From contig CM022670.1 in assembly GCA_012295275.1 (NCBI GenBank), positions 17,794,001 to 17,858,000 of the forward strand: a stretch of 64,000 nt of DNA. The letters run 5' to 3'. This DNA comes from Chrysomallon squamiferum (taxonomy: Eukaryota; Animalia; Mollusca). The notes beneath the pieces were generated by a model. That model had not been told where the DNA came from and searched no databases. It was given only the letters and a program-made list of their open reading frames with translations. This document shows positions 52,729-64,000 of the stretch, one piece after another. Position 1 is the first letter of the stretch. Each line of letters starts with the position of its first letter. The position numbers and the translations under genes are program-made.

Positions 52729-55065
52729 CAGGGAGGGTTTTATATATATATATTCGTAAATGAATTTCGAAATAAATGAGAAGCGTTTTTAGATTCGTTT
52801 CAATGGTAATCAGCTTCTAAAAAACAATATAAAAATAATAATAACTTTTTCATTATCTGTATCATTAATTCCTGCTGTATTACGTCTATTAGTTGATTAC
52901 GTCTATTATGGTTTTACTGTAAAAGTTCATGTTAATATTGAGAAATACTAGGAAATGCCACAATTGTTTTCATAGACTAATATCTTTTGGTCAGTTCCCA
53001 GACGACTATTTCTGAATATCAATAAATATTGGTTAAACCAAATTAAAGTGACAGAACCGGAGAAAATGATACTAATCAATCGGCATTCCGAACAATTATT
53101 ATTTTTTTTTTTTTTCATATCCCATTTGTCATTCGCATAATTATTATCTTTCGTTTTCTAAACAAATAAAATGCTTTACTGGCATTTCGCATCCTAAAGA
53201 CCCATCTTATAAAAATTAATTTGAAAATTATTACGAATAAGACAAATAATGTTATCATAGGAAACAAGCGAAAAAAAATAACAGTGCTCTTGAGTTGATG
53301 ATTCTCGCTGTCTCACTTCGGGGAACTCTCGTCTAATATCACTGTAGAACTGTTAATAGGTGTTAAGAGGGAATGAACTCGGATTGACTTACTGATCACG
53401 TCTTAGCTCGTTCAGTCTTTGATTGAATGTAAACCGGAGCCTCATTACGCTTTGTCAGATCGCCAAGTCACTTTCGCCGTCTGGTCCGGGATTAGTCGTT
53501 ACCACCTGTCCGAACCGACGTTAAGGTTCGAATAATCCTTTAACATCCGCTCATCAAAGGAAACGATATTTTTTTTTGTTTTTTTCTGTTATTATTTTAC
53601 TCTTTTTTTTCCCCCCTTATTTTTCTGAATTTATTTAGAAATACCAATACGTAAAGATATATATTCAGAAAATAGTAACTAATTTATCTACATTTAAGTT
53701 ACATTCAGCAGGAAAGATAACACTTTTTGTCATCATTACTTTAAACTATTAGTAGTAGCACTTACGTTCATTTAGATAAGCCCTAAGTATGTACTCTGTA
53801 TTAAAAAAAAAAAAAAAAAATTATAATATGCATTTTGATCGAGGTTTCATACATAGATACTTTCAAATTTTGTACAAGTTTATCACCCGTAATAATGTTT
53901 AAATCATAAATATTTTAAATTGTATCTATTTCGTGCGAGTTGATTGCCCCCCCCCCTCTCTCTCTCCACACACACACACACAAAGAAATACAAATCAAGA
54001 CTTGCTTCTGATTCTCTCTTGTAATTATTTATCGGTAAAACCCACAGACCAGCTTTGATCTTGTATGCAGGTTCAATACGTATTAAACATACACGACATT
54101 AAGCTATAATTTATCAACAAATAAATCTGAATCCTGTGGCCTCGACATTTTAAAAATGGCGGCCAGCCATTAACAACACGAATTCTGAAGAACATCAAAT
54201 GAGATCAGCCAATGACGTTGACTGACGCAGACCAGAAAGCATGATCCGAACAGTTCTGACGGTATGACTCGTTGTTATTTTCAGGAGTAAAAAAGAAAAC
54301 AAAATAATAACAATAATAAATAAATAAATAAGTAAATAAATAACACTAAAAGTAGATTTTGCAGCATGTTTGTTTAATCACGATGTTTTTCAAAACGTAC
54401 TTTTAAATACATTTTCTTCTTCTTCTTTTTTTTATTTTATTTTATTTTATTTTATTTTTTTTTTTTGTGTGTGTGTGTAGGTGGAAGTTTTGTTACTTCA
54501 AGAGCGTTCTATTTTCACCGAACAAGGGATATGGCCTCATTAAAAATAATTAAAGAAAGAGAGAGAAAAAAAAAAAAAAAAAAAAACACACACACATTCA
54601 AAAGGCCGTAGGCTTTTAATTACAAAAACTAAAATTATCGCAATGCTAAATAAATGGTTTTTATATATGCCTAAGAGTTATTTAGTTTTTTTTTTTTTTT
54701 TGTGTGTGTGTGTTTCTTTCAATTATTTTGTGTTAAGCAATATAGCCTGGTCTGTTCATTCTGACTTCGGCACCTAGTACTTGACATCTGGCGAATTATA
54801 TTGTGATTACTCTTGTTAGAAATCTTGAAGCATTATCGAATTACAGAATCACCAGGTTCAAGAATTGTTTGATTACCACTAGGTAGCTTTAATGAGTGCG
54901 AAAGACGACGGCGTTTAAATCTGTTGGTTTATTTAATTCAGCGATAGCCAGGAGTGTTAATATTTACAGTTCGCGGAAAATCGAGGCAGCGTTAGTATTG
55001 AAATAATGATTCATTTCAGAAAAAAAAAAATGTTATGTTTAAGGAAGTGTGTTACTTCAGTTGCT

Positions 55066-55135
<70 letters not shown>

Positions 55136-56584
55136 AAAAGTAAGCTAATAACTGCAATCAATGACAGTATAAACCAAATTACTTAATAATCATACAAGTT
55201 ACAGATTTCTGATTCACACGCACTTCAGTTAGATCCAGTCTAATAAAGTTAAGACAGGTTAGCTTAGAAATGCTGGAACTCTATCCAGGTGTTATTATCT
55301 CGAAAGATTATGACCCGATTATGTTTCAAGAAAATTACAATTGTGCCGAAGCAATTTTGTCCATTTTTAAGAAAATTAAAATAACCCAGATAGTTCAGTC
55401 GGAAATAACATGATAGTCATTTTCACAAATTCTTGTAATAGTTTTCTTATTCGTTACAACTTAAATGTTGTCTTATAAATAAAATGACGGATACAGGAAG
55501 AATTCAGGAAATAGATATGATCGGTCGATATTGCTTTTGGCGAAAGTAAAGAAAGAAGGAAGAACGAAATAAAGAAGGCAGGAAGGAAAAATGAAAGAAG
55601 TAAAGCTAAAATATTGAAAAGAACGAAAGAAAGAAATGATGGAAAGAACTTCTGAAAATTTTTATATAAAAATAAATAAATACGATACTGAACGTTGTTT
55701 TTAATGTTCGTCTATTTTCAAAGTTTAATAGATGTGTATAGAAATCGTTGTTTAGGCTGCTAGTCTTGGACTCACTGTTTTTAAATTTCAAAAAGGTTAG
55801 TTTTAATCGAGTAAAATCATAAATGCCTATTGAATTTTTAATAAAACGTAAAAAAAAAAAGTCTTTAAGATTCAGTTCTGATTTTTCTATCGGTCTAAAT
55901 CCTATTACCACTGCCAACAGAAAATCTTCAACAAGAATAAGGTAAAAATGCAGCGAAAGTGCAATGAAATTTTACGTCTTTTTATTTCTCTCTCTCCATT
56001 TTTTTTCATTTTCTATTTTCTCTTTCGTCTTTTTTTTTTTTTTTTTTTTTTTCCTTTTTTCTTTTATTTGAACACAATTTGTTTTGGTATAATTTAATTT
56101 TTTTTTTTTTTATTTACTTATTTATTCATTTTTTTTTTATTTAATGTTTTTTTATTTTATTTATTTTTTGTTTTATTACTATTTACTTTTTTTTAATTTT
56201 TTTTTTTTTCAATCAGGTCCTGTGAATTAATTCAACGGGGCAAGCACAAGGTTTCCGCATTTTCCAAGTAATAGCTGAAATAGGTAGAAGTAATATCCTT
56301 TTTTCTTCTTCTTCTTCATGTTAACTGCAATTGAATTACACAGAAACGTTATTTTGGCAGTCGTGTATTTGCTGACGGAATGAACGAAGAAAAGCACAAC
56401 CATTTTAATAGACTTCGGATCATGGGATTTTTTTCTTCATCTAACGTAACCTTTAAGTAATGATCTAGATTTACGCCTTGAGTTCAATGTAATCTGAATA
56501 ATTAGAAGCAGATTGAAGCTCAGTAGTTATGGAGCAGTACTGATAGAGCTTTTGCGATCAAGATAGTGCCTCTGTCTCTACATT

Positions 56585-56622
56585 GCTGTCTATGGGAAGA
56601 TACATATAAAAGATCCCGTACA
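56585..56622 (+). mobile_element. Possible decayed fragment of a mollusc Nin/Deu-type SINE core
   Basis: CTGTCTATGGGAAGATACATATAAAAGATCCC resembles, from recall only, the conserved SINE core CTGTCTGTGGGATGGTGCATATAAAAGATCCC. Short and unverified. Confidence 0.3.
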
Positions 56623-57506
56623 GCTGAAACGTTAAAAGTTCTGTTCGAGATTACAGCAGATGTCCATTCTCATATCATTGTTTTACATATATAAATATGT
56701 AGATACACACTCAATCCATCCATCCATCCATCCATCCATCCATCCATCCATACATACATACATACACACAAACATACATACATACATACATTCATTCATA
56801 CATATATACATTCATACATATTCATACCTATATGCAAAATAAACATACTGATATATACACACACATGCAGATAAAAATATATTTGACACCTAACAGATGC
56901 AGAAAAATATACGATGTATTATTTTATATATATGTATATATATATATATTAATCATTTTTCTCCTCATTAAACCGAATAACCGAATGAATGGCTAATGTT
57001 TGCAGTTGTGGACAACATTAAACTGCAAATAAGTAATGTTAATACGAAATTAATTCTCCACGCTGATTAAGCGGAGTTCAAACAATAGGTTTGTCATTAC
57101 CAGTATATTTTTTCACCGTTAGTAATTCCGTGTTCTATTATAACGAGTTACTTAGTTCAAAACTCACGTTTCACTTTGTCTCTTTCACTGCTGATGAGTT
57201 TGGTTTTGTCAGTGCTGTGTACGTGTGTGGTTGTGGGTTTGTGTGTGTGGATGTGGAGTTTAGTGCATTTAGTTTGGTGCATTTGGTGGTGGTGGTAGTA
57301 GCAGGAATGGTAATATTAATAGTAGCTGCAGTAGCAGTGGTATTAGTAGTAGAGGTAGTAATAATAATATTTATCGTAGTTGTAGTAGTAGTAGGCGGTA
57401 GTAGTAGTAATAGCAGCAGTGGTGGTAATAGTAGTGGTAGTAATAGAGTTGTTGTTCTTGTAATGTTAGTAGTCTCAGCGGTAGCTGATACATGTTAACG
57501 TTCACC

Positions 57507-57557
<51 letters not shown>

Positions 57558-57963
57558 TAAGAATAATAATAAGAAGAAGAAGAAGAATGATAAATAAATA
57601 AAAATAAAATCAAGAAGATACATTCTGTGATGCTATAACATAATTCAATATTACACATCACAGTTTATCATGCAAAAAGTCACAAGTATTATGAAGAATC
57701 GAAATTCAGTCATTATTATTTTGCCTTTCTGTCTGTCTTCGTGTCAGCCAGGTTTAAATCAAAATGAACGTAACGATTGGAGTATGCTAGATAAATGTTA
57801 TCCAGTAAAAAAATACGAATAATAAAAATGTCCATTCTCATCTAAGATGTAATTTATATATATATATATTTAAAGAAAAAAAAAAAAAAAACGAGAAGAA
57901 GAAACTTCAGATAAAGAGGAATTAGAAATAAAAAATGAATGAATGAATGAATGAATGAATGAA

Positions 57964-58011
<48 letters not shown>

Positions 58012-61000
58012 GATTATAATGACGATTCACATGTGGATGTTTGGGGTCATCATTAAAGACAAGTGCTGAGGACATCAAGTGATTAAATTAAGCCTGTCGC
58101 GGGCATCACCTCAGAGCTCGGTCCCTGACAGTAATTTCTTGAAGATGTTGATACTTTAAGTATGTTTCCAAGAAAAAAAGTAACAAAAAAAAAAAACCCT
58201 ATTCAAGCACGCCTACCGCGTACTCGACCTCTGATTTTGACAGGGACGCATCTGATATGAATATATATGATACACACTGGTAAACAGTAACCGCTGTTAG
58301 TTATCTACTTTATCAAAAAAAGCGTTCAAAAGAGTTGTGAAAAGCACTAATTTGCCAAATATAATTAGCATCTTCAGTGAGACAGACTAGGAATATCTGC
58401 ACAGTTATTGGTTAATTGACTTAATTGGTTTGTTAACGCCACTTAAACAGCACTTGCCAAACTAACGGATAAAACTTAGATATGCATGTGACTCAAACTT
58501 GTCAAATTCCATTAGAGTATTAAGAAGAAAACAACAAACTGAGGTTTTATCAAAGAGATTGATTTTTTTTTTCTTCTGACAAACAGCAGTAAGCAGTTGG
58601 ACTCCTTGAAAAAAGAAACTTTGAAAATTTGTGTGGGAAGCATTTTATGCCAAGGGAGAGAAATGAAATACAGTAAAATAATACAAAATAAAACCAAAAA
58701 AAACAAATATTTGGCTTCAGACAAAGACATAAAATAATTTATTTTATAAATATAGAATATCTGATGTGAAGAAGCCTCATACTTATCTTCCGGAGAAACT
58801 GTAACAAATAAAAAAAACCTGTATATAGCAGAGAGTCAGAGCCAGGCAGAGAGAGAGAGATGAAAGAGAGAAGCAGAGAGAATGAGAGAACTGATAAGAA
58901 GGAAAATCAATGTGCACCATTATTTTTGGAAATAAAGTGCACAGATTTTATTTATTTATTTATTTACTTATTCGTTTGCTTGTCTCTCTGCTGTTTTTTT
59001 TAGTTTGTTTGTTTATTAATTTATTGCAGTAATTAGTTTCCCAATTTCACAAGACAGATCACATCAGAATCTCAATTTTTAACATGTTCTTTTATTACAA
59101 GAATTTTTGAAAACCGGAACGACAAAAAAAAAAAAAAAAAAAAAAAAACATGGAGTAACAGGTTCAATTCCTTTGGGTTCCAATATGTGTCATTCATATC
59201 AACTGAGAAATACCTGTGGGAATGCTTCTAATTACGTAACAATGTATTTCATTATATTCCATGATTTAATTTCACGCTTTCCTTGTTTCATGAAGAACAA
59301 GAGAGAAAAAAAGACGAATCTGCTGAACAGGCGAAAAGTTCCACGAGCTGAGTCATTTGTTGCGACCACATTATGCAGGTTACAACGCTGGGTGAAAAGT
59401 GAAAATAACAACAACAACAACAATAATGAATACGATGATAATTATGATGATAAATAGAATTATAAACTAAAATGAATAAAAAGATAAAAAAATAAACAAC
59501 AATAATAAAATGAAACAAACAGAAACAAACAAAGAGATACAAAAATGCACGAACAAATCAATCAAAGGTTATCTGTTAGAACTATAATTTTCTCCTACTT
59601 ATTAGATATTAAATAAGTGATAATAAAATTATTGCTGAGCTGTCGTGTAAATGACGTGTATCTCCTGTAATGTGATAATAACTGGATAACAACGTCATAA
59701 TGAGCGAACAAATAGAGAAATCTGTCTGCAACATTTGACATTTCAGTATTCAGTTATCACCAGACGAAACATACTAGAGAAAAAATAACTAAACTAACAG
59801 TGAAAGAAAAACAAAATATTTATAAACAGGTAAAAAAAAAAAATTAAATAGGTAATGAATCTTGAGTTTATATATATATAAACCGAAACACAAATAAATA
59901 AATAAATAAATAAATATTAATTATATTAAGATATATTTTATATTAGCAATTTCACAAACAAATTTAACTCCCTATCTACAGAATAATAACTGTTCAAAGG
60001 TTCAAATGCACAGACAAAAAGATAAACTAATACTGCGAATACTACTTCAACCGACAATTCTTAGCTTTTTCGCTTTTTTTTCTATGGTTGGTGTTTATTT
60101 GTTTGTTTATATGCTTTGATTTTTTGTCTTAATTACACTCTTTAACAATTGTTTTAAAAATTCTTCGGGATAATATACCTAATAAAATAAAAACGCCATA
60201 TCTCAAATATCAGTAACAAATAACCAAAAATAATAATAAAAATATAAATAAAATTAAAGTCTTTATTACCTTTACCCATACTTATTTCTGAAATTCCTCT
60301 TTTACGTCAGACAATACTTATTATATTCCTATTCAGCTTCCATCTCATATTTTCTGGATTTTTTTTTTTTTTTTTTTTTATCTCATACTTTGTGGGCTTT
60401 TCCTTTTTGTCGTTTCCTTTAACCCAATGGGACCCAGGAGAATTATTTCATCCTGGCTGGAAGGATAAAAAAAAACATTCATGATTTATGAAGATACTCC
60501 GAGGTCATCTCGCAATACAGGACATTGCTCAGTGTATTACGTGAGTGTAAGCCGACCTGTCTTAATGAATCATGGCGGCAATATCAACAGAAAGGCTCTC
60601 GACAACGAATTGTATTCCAGTCCGTTTAAACATACTATTTAATAAATTAATCGTGATTTGGACTGAAGACTTCTCTTCATAGATGGATGGAGAGATAGAC
60701 TGATAGGCAAACAGAGAGAGAGATACGATAAGATAGTCAGGATATGATAGATGGATAGAACTGAAGCTTAATCTATTTAGTTACGTAACAGATCCACTCT
60801 GGGTAAGACAGATAAACGTTCTGTTACTTTTTTCTACCAAATGTTCTAAATGATAATCGGAAGATCCAAACGGTAAGCGGCTGTTACCTTCTGGGAATCA
60901 TATCGACGTAACAAAGTGTTTGCCAGTAATCAAGGCGTGAAATTCTTACAACGCCGAATAACAAACCGCTCGACCAATACGAGGCTGATTTAGAGCTCTA

Positions 61001-61428
61001 GCGCTTGGATAGCCCGGATGAAGCGAGCGATCGACTGGTAAGTAGCTCAATGAACTACCAAATAAAGTGAGCGGAACATTGATGCGTTATTTGTTTATTC
61101 TTCCGAAGTGCATATCTTCATTAACTTAGCAGAAACAGTGTGCAGCGACGTGAGAAGTAATCAACACAGCAAATTTCAACCGTGAAATTCGCCCATAAAT
61201 CCTCATTATTGCCGAATGCCGAGCACTGGCTTGCCCACCGTACGACGACAGGCGAGTGTCGATAATTCATCAGACGCTGCTACGATAAACAAAACTTAGA
61301 GATGCGGCGAATTTGACGTCGGTATTTGTTTGTCGATTTGTTAGATTATTCGAATAACAGCTGCAAAGCCGAATGCAGTTTATAAAGTACTGCAGCTGAT
61401 TTTTTAAAAATATTTTTATTTATTTATT

Positions 61429-61462
<34 letters not shown>

Positions 61463-63175
61463 CTGTTTGATTGTTTCTACAGCTTGAAGCTTTTATATGT
61501 ATTACAGTTAATTCTGAATTATCAAGCGTCTGAAAGACTATTTTAAGCAGTGTTTCAGACATTAACAGAGTATCTGTCTAAGTTATTTGAAATTACAGAC
61601 AGGCAATACATTCTGCGAAAATAAACGCTGAGCAGTGCTTCAGCAAGAATGCATAATATTTAGTGATTCATCAGTTTCACGGTAATCCTTCCTAGGTGTT
61701 CAGATGTTTGTTTATTTTGTTTTTCTACATCATTGTTGTTGTAATCACCATTGCAAACACCTCAAGAATCAATTTGTTTCCGCTGTTTCACCAAGAGACA
61801 CAAAGTTAAATAAATGTACCTACGTTGGACACCACTGCACACACTTTTTCTCTCTCTCTCTCTCTCTCACAATTTCTCGTACACTTTCTCTCTCAATTTC
61901 TCGTACACTTTCTCTCGCTTTCTCTGTCACACTTCTTTTCGATATGGCTCTGTTTCAGGAAACAAATAAAAACATGCATTAATGTTTCTGTTCAGTTAAT
62001 ATTTCTGTTCATTTATTTATTTATTTTATTTATTTTATTTATTTATGACGATCCTGGTCTTCTGAAAATGTACGTGAGAATTCTCAGCAGTTGAAATTAA
62101 TTTAGCAGAAAACAAAAACAAAAAACCCCTAAAAAACAACATCTGTAATACGGAGGTTGCTGGTAAACTGATCAGTTATGCTGTCTGTTCTGTGATAATG
62201 GAAAGAATACGGGCGGATTTTGAAAGCTTCCATTTTGCAAGTGAAATGCAGTGTAGTAACATCATTAAAATCAAATCTCTCAACTTATTTTTTTTTTTTT
62301 TAAACTGATAGAGATTACTTTCTTTATAATATATCGAATAACACCCAGACATCTTTGGTTACGGATGACGGCAATGAATAAAATGAAGATAATAAATATG
62401 ATAATAAAGCAACAGCAACAACAACAACAATAATAATAATTAAGTGGTAAATAACAGGTTGTATTGTACTGAAAATCAGATTGTATTGGTTTTTGTCTTA
62501 CGTTTGTGATGTAAAACAGGTACAGTTTATAATTAAATGTAAGTTTGTCCTTTCATGTTATATAACTGATTTAACTGTTTGTAAAATGATCCATTAAAAA
62601 GTCAGAATCAATACAAAGCTTTCATTGTAAATTTTATTCCGTTTGAAATGATCCTGTTAGGATTATCACAGTGTCATATCATAAGTCAAAGATTCATCTA
62701 GTAACTATTCAGAGGTAACCTTAGATTTGTTCACAATCCTCTTACGACATTACAGTGTTGTTCAGTGTACAACGTCATTGAATGATGATAATAATAAATA
62801 GGTTAACAAGCGTACTTTTAGTTTAAGAATATCAAAGTTAATGTCTGACCAAAAATATTGAATTACAAATATTGATTATTATTACAAATTTAAAAAAAAA
62901 TAAAATAAAAAATAAAAAAAAGAGTCAGGTTGAAATGTTTTTTTCAAAAATAAAAAAAATAAAATAAAAAAGAGAACATTTCCGATTACGTCAATTACAT
63001 TAGTTTCCTGCCTTTGGCGTTTATCGCGTAAGTTACATTTCAGCTACTGACTCGTTGAGAGAATAAATCAAATCACTCGTTTACCAGGTTACCCATAAAG
63101 TATTAAATCATTCAGGGAGACAGTCAAATAAATCCGAAGAGGATCCTTCCTTTAGCATTGCTCATAAATATTTTT

Positions 63176-63218
<43 letters not shown>

Positions 63219-64000
63219 GATAAAATAAAAATAAAATATATAAAATAAAAATTGATTCTCTTTACGAAAGCATTATCCAGGCTGTTACCAGCGCGAACCG
63301 CCTACCTTACAGCTCTTAATATGTCACCAGACATAAATATAAATCTACTGCAACTGAAAACCAGAATACATTGAAAATGGCATTTAAAAATTACAAAATG
63401 AATGATGCGTTCGATGTCTGATTAAAATAAATAGCTTTACTCTGTTTTCTTAAGTCTTACATTTTAAAACTCTCCAAAAGGTAATTTCGGTCTGTTATAT
63501 TAAATTAGTTAATGTATCATTCAGAGATAAATGTTCAAACGTATTGTGTCTTTGATGTACGCCACTGTAGTCTATATCATCCATTGACACTGTTATTTAA
63601 TGACAAACCGCTTGCATCGCTGGTAGTTAAAAGATTAAGTTCTCTCGCAGACAACCAGTCTATTATAACCAAACAACCAATCAAAATCCTTCAGTCGATA
63701 AGATGTACTGCCAGAAAGTCTCACTGAAGAAATGAAAGAAAGAAGAGTACATATGCAAGGGTTCATTGCAAATGAAATGCCATTCGCTGAAAAATAACAG
63801 AGTGAAATAATATTGTCTCTGTTCAGATGATTATAAACAACATATTATTTTATCATTAAAAACCTCCTTTTTATGAGAACAAATTGAATATTATTGAAGA
63901 TGTTTTTATCTTTATTATTATTATTATTATTTTAAAGTAGATTATGCACATTTACCATTCATGCATTCTCTGATATGTAATTTTTTCTTTCTTTCTTTAT

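Overview
Eukaryotic, AT-rich and microsatellite-dense genomic DNA with GT-AG introns; the composition suggests a mollusc, possibly a cephalopod (inference only). I reconstructed four protein-coding genes by hand, all with consistent splice phases. (1) MRPL15 on the minus strand, 4 exons, 292 aa. (2) Head-to-head with it, a 2-exon gene for a 366-aa protein with two tandem CBM20 glycogen/starch-binding domains and no catalytic domain, preceded by two perfect CRE palindromes. (3) A 14-exon minus-strand gene for a ~992-aa ankyrin-repeat / ZU5-ZU5-UPA / tandem death-domain protein (PIDD1/DTHD1/ankyrin-like). It lacks the PIDD HFS autoproteolysis motifs, carries an intronic hAT remnant and is bracketed by a ~0.6-kb direct repeat. 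(4) The last three coding exons of a rhodopsin-family peptide GPCR, whose TM1-TM2 exon was not found, implying an intron of more than 35 kb. The remainder (28.4-64 kb) is non-coding: microsatellites, an 18-bp minisatellite, small duplications, a MITE-like element and several motif-rich islands. I recognised no rRNA, tRNA or CRISPR array.
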